In this document: positions 9,879 to 19,960 of the stretch, piece by piece
Position numbering within the stretch: the first letter of the stretch is position 1
Layout: each line of letters starts with the position of its first letter
From: Myxococcota bacterium
GTDB lineage: Bacteria > Myxococcota > SpSt-1050
Reading direction: 5' to 3'
Assembly: GCA_049969675.1 (NCBI GenBank)
Contig: JBMFOP010000025.1
Location: forward strand, 1 to 33,342
DNA length: 33,342 nt
Translations under genes and position numbers: made by a program
Notes under the pieces: generated by a model
What the model saw: only the letters and a program-made list of their open reading frames with translations
Told to the model about the DNA's origin: nothing
Databases searched by the model: none

Positions 9879-11267
9879 TTACAGAATGTATTTTGATAAA
9901 TCCTCTAAATTTACAAATCTGTCAAGTTTATTGTCAACATAACTCCTATCTATTACGACCTTCTTTTCCATAAGTTCTGGTGCATTATAATTCAGGTCCT
10001 CAAGCAACTTCTCCATTACTGTATAGAGCCTCCTTGCACCTATATCTTCACTTCTCTGATTGACGGAATATGCAAAATCACAGATTCTCTCAAGTGCATC
10101 ATCTGTAAATTCAAGTTCAACACCCTCTGCCATAAGGAGTGCCTTATACTGCCTTATCAATGAGTTTTTGGGCTCCTTCAGAATTCTGAGAAAGTCCTCC
10201 TTTCTGAGTGGGCTAAGCTCAACCCTGATCGGGAATCTCCCCTGAAGCTCCGGGATGAGGTCAGACGGTCTGGCTACATTAAAGGCACCTGCTGCAATAA
10301 ATAAAATATGATCTGTCTTTACAGTTCCGTATTTTGTAAGGACTGTTGAACCCTCCACAATGGGGAGTAGATCCCTCTGAACGCCCTCTCTTGAGACATC
10401 CGGTCCATATCCGCGCTCGCGCCCCGCTATCTTATCAATCTCATCTAAAAAGATTATACCCATATGTTCAGCCCAGAATAGTGCCTCTCTGGTTACCCTC
10501 TCCATATCTATCAACTTCTGAGCCTCCTCTTCGGTGAGCACCTTGAGAGCCTCCTTTACCTTCATCTTTCTCTTCTTCCCCTTCTTTGGCATAATCCCGG
10601 ACAGCATATCCTGCATCTGAAGCATAACATCTTCCATATTTGAAATACCTAACATCTGAATCGGAGGCGGGGCAGTCACCTGTACATTTAACTCTATCTC
10701 CATCTCATCATACTCCCCTTTTCTCAGCAACTCCCTGTTCTTCTCCATCTCAGCCTTATTCTCCTGATATGCGGGAGATACATTGCTAAAAGGTATTGTG
10801 GTATTCAAATTATTGGTATGAGGGAAGAGTATTTCAAGCACCTTATCTTCAGCGATTCTATACGCCTTCTCCCTCTCTATAGAGAGTGCCTTCTCCCTTG
10901 TCTGTTTGACTGCCACCTCCACAAGGTCTCTTACCATAGAGTCCACATCTCTACCCACATAACCTACCTCTGTAAATTTACTCGCCTCAACCTTTACAAA
11001 AGGTGCCTGTGCAATCTTTGCAAGCCTTCGGGCTATCTCCGTCTTCCCCACTCCAGTCGGACCAATCATAATAATGTTCTTAGGATATATCTCATTTCTA
11101 AGGTCTTCGCTCACCAACTGTCTCCTCCACCTGTTCCTTATAGCCACTGCAACTGCCTTCTTTGCCTCATCCTGACCGATGATGTACTTATCCAGTTCGG
11201 AGACAATCTCCCTCGGAGTAAAACTCATTATCTTAAAAATTCTCTCTTCATTATCAAATCCAGACAT
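9879..11267 (-). CDS. hslU: ATP-dependent protease ATPase subunit HslU
   Basis: [19 protein letters not shown] pore loop, DEIDK, ELQGRFP, C-terminal KYIL. Start placed at ATG 11267 (GAGGT upstream, just after the hslV stop). Confidence 0.97.
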   Translation of the reverse strand: MSGFDNEERIFKIMSFTPREIVSELDKYIIGQDEAKKAVAVAIRNRWRRQLVSEDLRNEIYPKNIIMIGPTGVGKTEIARRLAKIAQAPFVKVEASKFTEVGYVGRDVDSMVRDLVEVAVKQTREKALSIEREKAYRIAEDKVLEILFPHTNNLNTTIPFSNVSPAYQENKAEMEKNRELLRKGEYDEMEIELNVQVTAPPPIQMLGISNMEDVMLQMQDMLSGIMPKKGKKRKMKVKEALKVLTEEEAQKLIDMERVTREALFWAEHMGIIFLDEIDKIAGRERGYGPDVSREGVQRDLLPIVEGSTVLTKYGTVKTDHILFIAAGAFNVARPSDLIPELQGRFPIRVELSPLRKEDFLRILKEPKNSLIRQYKALLMAEGVELEFTDDALERICDFAYSVNQRSEDIGARRLYTVMEKLLEDLNYNAPELMEKKVVIDRSYVDNKLDRFVNLEDLSKYIL

Positions 11268-11268
11268 A

Positions 11269-11799
11269 CTATAATACCTCCAGAACTCTATTCTTATTTG
11301 TATAAACACAGATATCAGATGCAATATCCATCGCCTTAATTGCTATCTCCTCAGCTCCAAGACTGCTATTCTCCATCAATGCCCTTGCGGCGGCGTAGGC
11401 AAATGGTCCTCCTGAACCGATTGCAAGGACAGAGTGATCTGGCTCAATTACATCGCCGAGTCCGGAGATGAGTAGAATCTTATCTTTATTTGCAACTATT
11501 AACATCGCCTCAAGCCTTCTCAAAATCTTATCGGTCCTCCAGTCCTTTGCAAGTTCCACAGAGCTCCTGATGATATCCCCCTTATACTCCTTCAATTTTG
11601 ATTCAAACTTATCAAAGAGTGTCATTGCATCTGCTGTTGAACCAGCAAATCCAGCGAGCACAGAATCATTATATAACCTTCTCACTTTCTTTGCACTGTG
11701 TTTTAAGATAGTCTGTCCCATCGTGACCTGCCCATCTCCCACCATAACCACTTTATCGCCAACCTTTAAACAAAGTATCGTTGTCCCTCTGATATCCAT
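11269..11799 (-). CDS. hslV: ATP-dependent protease peptidase subunit HslV
   Basis: N-terminal GTTIL (catalytic Thr), [32 protein letters not shown] upstream of ATG 11799. Confidence 0.97.
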   Translation of the reverse strand: MDIRGTTILCLKVGDKVVMVGDGQVTMGQTILKHSAKKVRRLYNDSVLAGFAGSTADAMTLFDKFESKLKEYKGDIIRSSVELAKDWRTDKILRRLEAMLIVANKDKILLISGLGDVIEPDHSVLAIGSGGPFAYAAARALMENSSLGAEEIAIKAMDIASDICVYTNKNRVLEVL

Positions 11800-11845
11800 A
11801 AGCACCTCACTGATTACCGCATAAAATAAAAATCAACAGGGTGGA

Positions 11846-11874
11846 AATATAATATCCATTAAATCATTTGTCTA
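11846..11874 (-). promoter_or_regulatory. Candidate sigma70 promoter for the hslV operon
   Basis: TAGACA-17 nt-TATATT on the minus strand. Confidence 0.4.
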
Positions 11875-11898
11875 TGCAAAAAGGATAAAAAAATTAAC

Positions 11899-11926
11899 TT
11901 GCTTTATTTGTTTTTTAAGGTATGCT
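11899..11926 (+). promoter_or_regulatory. Candidate sigma70 promoter for the RRM gene
   Basis: TTGCTT-16 nt-TATGCT, followed by a leader hairpin ACCCCA-TTA-TGGGGT. Confidence 0.35.
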
Positions 11927-11978
11927 TCCTTTTGTAACTTATTTTAACCCCATTATGGGGTGGAAAGGAACGCGAGCG

Positions 11979-12311
11979 ATGAACAAGAAACTGTATGTAG
12001 GCAATCTTCCCTATTCCTCAACAGAGGAAGAACTCAAAGAGATGTTCGGGAAGATTGGCTCCGTTGAGTCAGTGTCAATTATTACAGACAGATTCAGCGG
12101 GAAGAGCAAGGGATTTGGTTTTGTAGAGATGTCGAGTGAGGAAGAGGCTTCAAAGGCTGTATCCGAGCTCAGTGGACAGGAGGTAGGGGGCAGGAAGATT
12201 ATCGTGTCAGAGGCCAGAACAGAGGGCGAAAGAAGGGGTGGCGGCTTCCATTCAAAAGGAAGAGGCGGCTTCAGAGGCAGGAGAAATAGCGGGGGTAATA
12301 ATAGGGAATAG
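11979..12311 (+). CDS. RRM (RNP-1) RNA-binding protein with Gly/Arg-rich tail
   Basis: RNP2 KLYVGNL, RNP1 KGFGFVEM, RGG-rich C-terminus; GAAAGGA upstream of ATG 11979. Confidence 0.95.
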   Translation: MNKKLYVGNLPYSSTEEELKEMFGKIGSVESVSIITDRFSGKSKGFGFVEMSSEEEASKAVSELSGQEVGGRKIIVSEARTEGERRGGGFHSKGRGGFRGRRNSGGNNRE

Positions 12312-12337
12312 GTAGTTATCTCTTGTTCGAAATTAAG

Positions 12338-12365
12338 AAGGAGGCATCAGGCCTCCTTTTTTTTT
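12338..12365 (+). terminator. Intrinsic terminator (possibly bidirectional)
   Basis: AAGGAGGC-ATCAG-GCCTCCTT followed by a T run, between convergent genes. Confidence 0.85.
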
Positions 12366-12401
12366 GCCTCAATTCCCTCAAAGAAAAACAGATTGATAAT
12401 C

Positions 12402-14234
12402 CTAATCTAGCTGTAAAGGTCTTTTTAATTCACCATCCGATTTCATAGGTGGTTGTTTTGACTTATCAAACAAAAGGTTCCCTATCACGAGGAAATCAAT
12501 ATTGGTCCTCATAAAACAGGAATAGGCATCCTCTGGTGTGCAGACAATAGGCTCTCCGCGCACATTAAATGATGTATTTATCAATACCCCGCATCCGGTC
12601 TTTTCATAGAACTTCTTTATTAATAGATAGAATCTTTGATTTCGCTTAATATCAACTGTCTGGATTCTGGCAGAGTAATCAACATGTGTAACAGCCGGAA
12701 TATCAGACCTTAATACCTCAAGCCTCTTAAGCCCCTGGTACCCCTTCTCTACATCGCCAATCTCCCTTCTGTGCCTTTGAGATACATTTGCAACGAGCAG
12801 CATATATGGAGATTCACAGTCAATCTCAAAATATTCCGATTTCATCTCCGAGAGGACAGCAGGTGCAAATGGTCTGAAAGACTCTCTAAATTTGATCTTC
12901 AGGTTCATATTCCTCTGCATATCTCCATCCCTCGCATCTCCAAGAATAGACCTTGCACCGAGCGCCCGCGGACCAAATTCCATTCGTCCCTGAAACCACC
13001 CTATTACCTTCTTCTGTGAGAGCAGTTCCGATACCTTCTCAAGGAGTAGATCAAAGTCTGAAAACTCTTCATATACAGCCCCAAATTTCTCAAGTCTGAC
13101 TTTGACCTCCTCATCAGAGAATTCATTGCCCAGAAATGCACCGTTCATTGAATCATCCTGATTTACAACTCTTTCATAATTTAACCCGAGATATAAATAG
13201 GCTAGTGCTGCCCCGATGGCACCACCCGCATCTGAGGATGCTGGCTGAATCCAGAGCGAGTCAAATGGAGATTCTCTCAATATCTTTCCATTGCCAACAC
13301 AATTTAATGCCACACCACCGGACATCACCAGATTGTTACAACCTGTCAATTTATATGCCGTGTTTGAGAGTTTGAGCATAACCTCATCGGTGACCTTCTG
13401 AATAGAGGCTGCAATATCCATCTCATGCTGTGTAATCTCTGTCTCGGGTTCTCTCCGTCTCTTACCAAATAATCTCTCAAACTCTGAATTTATCATCTCA
13501 AGCGATGTAACAAAACCAAAATATCTCATATTCAGTCTTAAAGAGCCGTCCTCCTTAATATCCACCAGTCTCTCTCTTATTAAATCGTAAAACCTTGGTT
13601 CGCCATAAGGTGCCAGCCCCATAAGTTTATATTCACCCGAATTGACCCTAAATCCAGTATAGTATGTAAATGCCGAATATAATAGTCCAAGTGAATGTGG
13701 AAAGTGCAGTTCCTTCAATATCTCTATTCTATTTCCCTCCCCATATCCGATGGTAGTGGTTGCATATTCCCCCACACCATCTATTGTGAGTATGGCTGCT
13801 TTATCAAAGGGAGATGGGTAAAATGCACTGGCGGCGTGTGAGAGATGGTGTTCAGAAAATAAGACATCTATATCCTTATTAAGTCCCAGATTTAATAGTT
13901 CGCTCTCTATCCTCTCTCTTATGAAGAGCTTCTCCTTTATAAGCACTGGAATTGCCCTGACAAAAGAGATTACACCCTTAGGGGCAAATGCGGCATAGCC
14001 CTCAAAGAGTCTCTCAAGTTTTAAGAAAGGTTTGTCATAGAAAACAACGGCATCAATATCATTTATAGAAATGTCTGCATAATCAAGAAGGAATTTCAAG
14101 GAATTTGATGGGAATCCGCTGTCGTGCTTTACCCTTGTGAACCTCTCCTCCTGTGCCGCCGCCACAATTCTACCATCTTCTACAAGGGCAGCGGCACTAT
14201 CATGATAAAATGCAGATATCCCAATAATCCTCAT
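12402..14234 (-). CDS. NodU/CmcH/TobZ-family O-carbamoyltransferase
   Basis: HDSAA, EHHLSHA, DGVGE, EYKLMGLAPYG, GPRALGARS, KFRESFRPFAP, NTSFN; 610 aa. Confidence 0.95.
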   Translation of the reverse strand: MRIIGISAFYHDSAAALVEDGRIVAAAQEERFTRVKHDSGFPSNSLKFLLDYADISINDIDAVVFYDKPFLKLERLFEGYAAFAPKGVISFVRAIPVLIKEKLFIRERIESELLNLGLNKDIDVLFSEHHLSHAASAFYPSPFDKAAILTIDGVGEYATTTIGYGEGNRIEILKELHFPHSLGLLYSAFTYYTGFRVNSGEYKLMGLAPYGEPRFYDLIRERLVDIKEDGSLRLNMRYFGFVTSLEMINSEFERLFGKRRREPETEITQHEMDIAASIQKVTDEVMLKLSNTAYKLTGCNNLVMSGGVALNCVGNGKILRESPFDSLWIQPASSDAGGAIGAALAYLYLGLNYERVVNQDDSMNGAFLGNEFSDEEVKVRLEKFGAVYEEFSDFDLLLEKVSELLSQKKVIGWFQGRMEFGPRALGARSILGDARDGDMQRNMNLKIKFRESFRPFAPAVLSEMKSEYFEIDCESPYMLLVANVSQRHRREIGDVEKGYQGLKRLEVLRSDIPAVTHVDYSARIQTVDIKRNQRFYLLIKKFYEKTGCGVLINTSFNVRGEPIVCTPEDAYSCFMRTNIDFLVIGNLLFDKSKQPPMKSDGELKRPLQLD

Positions 14235-14617
14235 CAGTACAGCCTCTCAAAAAATCGCCTATCATACTCAACCTTGGGTTTATCTACAAAATAAGTTGTG
14301 CAACCTATATCTATATCTTTCTTTATAACCCCATCCTTCACAAGTAGTCTCCTTATCAGTGCAACAGGTGAAAATACGAGGTAGAAGAGGAGTATCAGCA
14401 ATATATTCACAATGAGATTTATTAAGAATCTCCCCACCGGATTAATTAGAAAGTTAATAGGCTTATAAAATTTTGGTAAGATAAGGGCAAGTAATAATAG
14501 TATACCGGAGATATAAAGTAAGAATATGTTCTCTCTAAATTTCACAAAATAAAGAATCAGGAGAAGCAATGAATATGAGATGCCAGAGAGCATAAGACCC
14601 CTTCTCTTATCAGGCAT
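14234..14617 (-). CDS. SxtJ-like small membrane protein
   Basis: Hydrophobic helices with the P...L..ILLILLFYLVFSPVALIRR...KD pattern; its stop overlaps the carbamoyltransferase start; GGAGGAG upstream of ATG 14617. Confidence 0.7.
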   Translation of the reverse strand: MPDKRRGLMLSGISYSLLLLILYFVKFRENIFLLYISGILLLLALILPKFYKPINFLINPVGRFLINLIVNILLILLFYLVFSPVALIRRLLVKDGVIKKDIDIGCTTYFVDKPKVEYDRRFFERLY

Positions 14618-15686
14618 ATCTCCTCCCACTCAATCTGCCTAAATAGTTATAAAATAAATCCTTTGCTCTCAAATTAATGTAAAATGACAAAAATTGCAGG
14701 ATATCTATTGGGTCGTCCAGCAGCATAAGGGCGAGAAGTTGCCTGACCCTGAAATTAATCTGTGCATTTGAGAGATATAAGAGTTCAAAGATATTATTTT
14801 TGATGGCAAAGGCGGTCTTCAGTCCCCCCTCAGAATATGAGATAAGGTCGGGGTTACCCTCTATCAATCTAAATAGGTGTCTAAGAAAGAGAATGGAATA
14901 GTCAGAGATTTTATACTTTATAGCAGTGCCAATAATATCTTTCAGGTCTGTTCTGTATCTCTTAATGATTCTGTATGCATCTACCAATTCATGCGCTGTA
15001 ATATCTGCGTGTTTTAGTGAGTGTATCATTGTATTAATAAGCCTCTCCTCTGAAGAGAGAATCCTTACCCTACGGTCTCTGTAAAAAGGGTGTCTCTTAC
15101 TACTTTTGAATAACCTCTCATAATCCACATCTCCTACAAATGGATATGAAATCCTGCGATGAATCTCAACCGAGATGGAATAATCTTCCACTATATAGGC
15201 ATATTCATACGCATTCTGATTTGTAAAGACCCTTGATTCATCCAGAATTGTCTTTTTTGCCTCCTTCTCAAGGATCCCCACAACCCTCTCAAAATCTCTC
15301 TCTCTCACCAGAATGTCAATATCACAACCTGTTCGTGGTGCCTCAGGTGAATATATAGTCCCCCAATTCGCTGAGCCTTTTAATAATATAATCTCAATAT
15401 CCTCAGGCAATTTATTCTTAATAAAATTCTCAAGCCAGCCACGTTGACGCATATCCAGGGCAATTGCGCTCAAATATTCTGATTTCAGTCTCTCTAAAAG
15501 CCCTTTTGGGATATTTGATAGATACCCATTTCTCTTTATATTGTGGTAAATAACTGCAACCAGATTCTTAAATGGGTGACTGTTGATGTCGTCCATAAGG
15601 GTGGAGAGTTCTTTTATGATGCCCTTATCAAAATCAAATCTATCTTTTGCAGCAGCAGGGAAAAGTAGGGAGGGATATAATTTCAT
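14610..15686 (-). CDS. Nucleotidyltransferase-family protein (NTP_transf_5-like)
   Basis: LLKG...Y...R...DIDILV and VEIH motifs; 358 aa; start overlaps the fcl stop. Confidence 0.8.
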   Translation of the reverse strand: MKLYPSLLFPAAAKDRFDFDKGIIKELSTLMDDINSHPFKNLVAVIYHNIKRNGYLSNIPKGLLERLKSEYLSAIALDMRQRGWLENFIKNKLPEDIEIILLKGSANWGTIYSPEAPRTGCDIDILVRERDFERVVGILEKEAKKTILDESRVFTNQNAYEYAYIVEDYSISVEIHRRISYPFVGDVDYERLFKSSKRHPFYRDRRVRILSSEERLINTMIHSLKHADITAHELVDAYRIIKRYRTDLKDIIGTAIKYKISDYSILFLRHLFRLIEGNPDLISYSEGGLKTAFAIKNNIFELLYLSNAQINFRVRQLLALMLLDDPIDILQFLSFYINLRAKDLFYNYLGRLSGRRYA

Positions 15687-16630
15687 TATAGTCGGCTCTT
15701 ATTTTCTATAAACCACTTTATTGTACTCTTAAGACCTTCTTCAAGAGATATCTTATATCTGAAGCCAAGTTTATTAATCCTTGAGACATCCAGTAATTTC
15801 TGAGGTGTGCCATCAGGTTTTGTGGTATCAAAGTGAATCTCACCATTAAATTCAACTATCTTTGCAATCAGATATGCCAGTTCTTTTATGGTGATATCTA
15901 CTCCACTACCGATATTGATAAAAGGCTCTAAATCTTTTGCGTCAAAATTCTGCATCAAGAAGACGCAGGCATCTGCAAAGTCATCACAGTGAAGAAATTC
16001 TCTCCTTACATTTCCGCTCCCCCAGACAGTAACAGTCTTACTCCCATTCTGTTTTGCCTCTACAAATTTTCTTATCAGGGCTGGAATCACATGTGAGGTC
16101 TCAAGATTGAAATTGTCATTCGGTCCGTAGAGATTGGTCGGCATAACAGAGATAAAGTTCGTCTTATATTGAAAGTTGTAGGAATTACACATAATTATAC
16201 CAGCAATCTTTGCTACCGCATAAGATTGATTGGTGGGTTCCAGATATCCACTGAGAAGATATTCCTCTTTTAATGGCTGTGGGGCGAGTTTTGGATATAT
16301 ACAGGATGAACCGAGAAATAGAAGCTTCTTCACATTATATTTGTAGGCTGAATGTATCACATTTGTCTCAATGGCAAGGTTCTGATAGATAAAGTCTGCT
16401 GGGTAGGTTGAATTTGCAAGTATTCCCCCAACCTTTGCCGCAGCCAAAAACACATAATCGGGTCTGTTGATGTCAAAGAATTCGTCTACCTTCTTCTGGT
16501 CTGTTAAATCAAGCTCGCTATGGCTCTTCAAAATAAAATTTTTGTATCCAAGGGATTCAAGCCTTCTCAATATAGCCGAGCCCGCAAGTCCTCTATGTCC
16601 AGCGATATATATTCTGGCATCTCTTTCCAT
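15686..16630 (-). CDS. fcl: GDP-L-fucose synthase
   Basis: AGHRGLAGS, AAAKVGGI, LGSSCIYP, YAVAK, PTNLYGPNDNF, SHVIPAL, KPDGTP; TGATG overlap with gmd. Confidence 0.97.
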   Translation of the reverse strand: MERDARIYIAGHRGLAGSAILRRLESLGYKNFILKSHSELDLTDQKKVDEFFDINRPDYVFLAAAKVGGILANSTYPADFIYQNLAIETNVIHSAYKYNVKKLLFLGSSCIYPKLAPQPLKEEYLLSGYLEPTNQSYAVAKIAGIIMCNSYNFQYKTNFISVMPTNLYGPNDNFNLETSHVIPALIRKFVEAKQNGSKTVTVWGSGNVRREFLHCDDFADACVFLMQNFDAKDLEPFINIGSGVDITIKELAYLIAKIVEFNGEIHFDTTKPDGTPQKLLDVSRINKLGFRYKISLEEGLKSTIKWFIENKSRL

Positions 16631-17673
16631 CAATCAATCCTCCACCATCTATTTGGAAATTTTTCTTTGATAATCCTCTCACCTTTACCAATCGGGGTGA
16701 GTCCTAACTTTTTCATATCTGCATCAACCATTATCCAGATTAATTCCTTAAATGTAATTTTTGGGGACCACATCAACTTCTCCTTTGCCTTTTTTGCATC
16801 TGCAATCAGACACTCTACCTCTGTAGGTCTCATATACTTTGGGTCTATCTTTACATAGTCGTGGTAATCCAGATTTACATAAGAGAATGCCTCTTCAAGC
16901 AGATCCTTAACAGAGTGTGCCTCCCCTGTACCTATTACAAAATCCTCCGGTTTGCCATTCTGGAGCATCAGATACATACATTCTACATATTCAGGTGCAA
17001 AGCCCCAATCCCTCTTCGCCTCCAGATTACCCATATAAAGGGAGTCGTCAAGACCGGCCTTAATCCTTGCAACTGCGCGAGTCACCTTCCTGGTCACAAA
17101 TGTCTCACCTCTTCTCGGGGATTCATGATTAAAGAGGATTCCATTTACAGCAAAGAGTTTATATGCCTCACGATAATTTACTGTAATCCAGTATGCATAA
17201 AGCTTTGCCGCGGCATAAGGGCTTCGAGGATAAAATTTGGTATTCTCGTTCTGCGGAGGTGGAGAGGCGCCAAAGAGCTCAGAAGAGGACGCCTGATAAA
17301 ACTTTGTATTGACACCAGCCCTTTTGATTGCATCCAGGAGTCTGATCGTCCCAAGCCCTGTAATATTTCCAGTGTACTCCGCCATATCAAAAGAGACCCT
17401 TACATGGCTCTGTGCACCCAGATGATAGACTTCATCGGGCCTGATGTTATAGATAATCTCCGTCAACTCACCGGGATCCGAGAGGTCCCCATAGTGCAAA
17501 AAGAGCTTAGCCTCTGCCTTATGCGGGTCTATGTAGAGATGTTCTATCCGCTCCGTATTAAATGTGGATGACCTCCTGATAATTCCGTGGACCTCATAAC
17601 CTTTTGATAGCAGAAATTCTGTTAGGTATGAGCCATCCTGCCCTGTTATTCCAGTAATCAATGCCTTCTTCAC
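16630..17673 (-). CDS. gmd: GDP-mannose 4,6-dehydratase
   Basis: [51 protein letters not shown] start with AAGGAG. Confidence 0.98.
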   Translation of the reverse strand: MKKALITGITGQDGSYLTEFLLSKGYEVHGIIRRSSTFNTERIEHLYIDPHKAEAKLFLHYGDLSDPGELTEIIYNIRPDEVYHLGAQSHVRVSFDMAEYTGNITGLGTIRLLDAIKRAGVNTKFYQASSSELFGASPPPQNENTKFYPRSPYAAAKLYAYWITVNYREAYKLFAVNGILFNHESPRRGETFVTRKVTRAVARIKAGLDDSLYMGNLEAKRDWGFAPEYVECMYLMLQNGKPEDFVIGTGEAHSVKDLLEEAFSYVNLDYHDYVKIDPKYMRPTEVECLIADAKKAKEKLMWSPKITFKELIWIMVDADMKKLGLTPIGKGERIIKEKFPNRWWRID

Positions 17674-17772
17674 AAATATCTCCTTATAAAAGATTAATAT
17701 CCATCAAAAAACCGATTCAGATTTTATATACTCAATATCCTCAATTTTCAAGAATATAATAATCAATGACAA

Positions 17773-17836
17773 CACTGCTGTCCAGAATAATCTGATTAGA
17801 GAAGTTAACTATTTGTAAAATAAGAATTCTGGATGG
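17773..17836 (-). repeat. 64-bp repeat, copy 1 (IS4-like terminal remnant)
   Basis: Reverse complement matches 30076-30139 at 59/64 positions; ends TTATTCTGGACAGCAGTG. Confidence 0.85.
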
Positions 17837-18115
17837 ATAAATCCATATTTTCAAAATCAGGTTATCCTCCTTTCTTCAATTCCCGTTGGGTTATTGCATA
17901 CCTCTATTCGCCTTAATTGATAGGGGGATCCGCTTAATGAATGAGCCAGTCCAGATTGACAGGATAGAATTGCCCCCAATAGCCCTTAAGAGACAACTCC
18001 CTTTCCCTCTCTCTCACCGTTTTATCAATATAGTTTATGGTATTTAAGTTAATCAATTAAAGATTTGACTTTAAATAGATTAACAAATAAGGTATGTCAG
18101 AATTGTCATACTGGT

Positions 18116-19960
18116 ATGATTATGCATATTGATAGCAGGTATCAGATAATTGAAAAGGCTGGCTCGGGGGGGATGGCGACAGTATATAGAGCCAGAGATA
18201 CTGTTCTGAATAGAGATGTAGCCATCAAGCTCCTTCATCCACATCTAATTGAAAAAGATGAGGTCAAGAAGAGGTTTTTAAGAGAGGCTCAGGCAATAGC
18301 CAGATTAAGACATAGGAATATCATTGAGATATTTGACTACAAATCAGATGAGAATGACTGTTATATTATCAGTGAATTTGTAAAAGGGAAGAGCCTCGCC
18401 TCATTTCTCTCAGAATATGATATCTCATCCCCTTTTATTGCTGCGATGATGGTATCCATCCTCTCTGACGCAATCGGGCATGCACACAGGAATGGAATAG
18501 TTCACAGGGATATCAAACCGGAGAATATCCTCATATCAGAGAACTTTATTCTTAAAATCACCGATTTTGGGATTGCCCACATTGCAGACGCAGAAAGTCT
18601 TACCATAACTGGCTCAATCTCCGGCTCGCCAGCGCATATGTCACCTGAACAGATAGATGGAAAAGATGTAGACTTTAGAACAGATATATTCTCTCTCGGG
18701 ACACTTTTATATCTAATAGCCTGCGGGGAGTTACCTTTTAAAGGAAATTCACCAGCCTCAATCTTCAAATCAATTCTGCTCGGAGAATATAGAGAACCAA
18801 AAGAGCTCAACCCACTCATAGACAATAAATTCTCAAATATCATTCACACCTCTCTAAAAAAGAATATTGATGAACGATATAAAGATGCTGAGGAATTAAA
18901 GAAAGAACTTCTGGAATATCTACATCTATACGGCATCACAGATGTAGAGGGTGAGCTCTCAAGTTTTTTTAAAAGACCACTTGAATATCTGGAAGAATTA
19001 CAGAAGAGGATTATTGGACATCTCAAAGATTATCTTTATAAGAATATTAAGAATAAGGAAAGTAGGATTCAGATTCAGGATTCCTTAAATATCCTGCTCT
19101 ACCTCGCACCGGAGGATATTGATGCAAGGGCACTCTTTGAAAGATTTTCAAGCCTTGAAATCAGAGATAGGAGGAGAAACTCTATAAAGAGGGGGCTACT
19201 ATTTATACCATTTATCGTATTTATATTCTTCATTATTTTTCAATTATTTTTTACTCACCAGCGAGGGAATATTTCAATCATGGCTCAAGATGATATTAAC
19301 GGTATGAGTTTTGTTCAGGATGTCTATTCTGATTACATTCAGATTGCAGAGGATGTAAAGCCATCTAAGGAGGCTAATAATAATTCTTCTGAGCAGCAGT
19401 GGGAGATAAATCAGGAGATAAAGAGGCATAAAAAGAAACTCCTGAGTTTCAAAAAAGATGAAAAGGGTGTTAAGGCAGAAGAGTTTCCATCATCAGAGGT
19501 ACCAAAATTCGGACAGATAAATCTATTCATCAAACCGTATGGGGATATCTACATTGACAACAATCTCTATGCAAAGGAGAAGGCAGCGGTTAGTCTGAGG
19601 CTCAGGGCTGGGCGCCATAACCTCAAAATTAAAAATCCATTTTATTTTGATATAGAGAAAGAGATAAATGTGGATGAAAATAAAAAGACAGATATCAGGC
19701 TCATATTTGATAGAATTAAACCTGCAAAAATATTTATTAACACCAACACAGAATGTGATATATATATTGACGGGAATCTATTAGGTAGAAGTGATATGTA
19801 TATTAAAAACGGAATTACAATCCCAATAACCAGCAGCGATGGTAGAAGAGAGATAATTCTAAAGGCAACAAAGAGTGGGTATAAAGATTTTATCACAAAA
19901 ATTGAACTCAGAGCAGGCGAGAGTAACACCATCAAAATAAATATGATAAAGGAAAGATGA
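18116..19960 (+). CDS. Transmembrane Hanks-type Ser/Thr kinase with C-terminal PEGA-like domains
   Basis: GSGGMA, VAIK, HRDIKPEN, DFG, GSPAHMSPE, DIFSLG; one TM helix after RRRNSIKR; two IYID...G-type repeats. Start is 18116 or 18122. Confidence 0.93.
   Translation: MIMHIDSRYQIIEKAGSGGMATVYRARDTVLNRDVAIKLLHPHLIEKDEVKKRFLREAQAIARLRHRNIIEIFDYKSDENDCYIISEFVKGKSLASFLSEYDISSPFIAAMMVSILSDAIGHAHRNGIVHRDIKPENILISENFILKITDFGIAHIADAESLTITGSISGSPAHMSPEQIDGKDVDFRTDIFSLGTLLYLIACGELPFKGNSPASIFKSILLGEYREPKELNPLIDNKFSNIIHTSLKKNIDERYKDAEELKKELLEYLHLYGITDVEGELSSFFKRPLEYLEELQKRIIGHLKDYLYKNIKNKESRIQIQDSLNILLYLAPEDIDARALFERFSSLEIRDRRRNSIKRGLLFIPFIVFIFFIIFQLFFTHQRGNISIMAQDDINGMSFVQDVYSDYIQIAEDVKPSKEANNNSSEQQWEINQEIKRHKKKLLSFKKDEKGVKAEEFPSSEVPKFGQINLFIKPYGDIYIDNNLYAKEKAAVSLRLRAGRHNLKIKNPFYFDIEKEINVDENKKTDIRLIFDRIKPAKIFINTNTECDIYIDGNLLGRSDMYIKNGITIPITSSDGRREIILKATKSGYKDFITKIELRAGESNTIKINMIKER

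Noticed and set aside
11800..11920. CIRCE heat-shock operator before hslV
   Set aside because: No TTAGCACTC-N9-GAGTGCTAA is present.
12402..14617. Saxitoxin or Nod-factor biosynthesis
   Set aside because: SxtI/J-like and NodU-like genes are widespread; there are no sxtA/sxtG or nodABC homologues in the window.
14610..15686. Lasso-peptide cluster suggested by the nucleotidyltransferase
   Set aside because: No lasso cyclase, PqqD-like or peptidase gene, and no precursor nearby.
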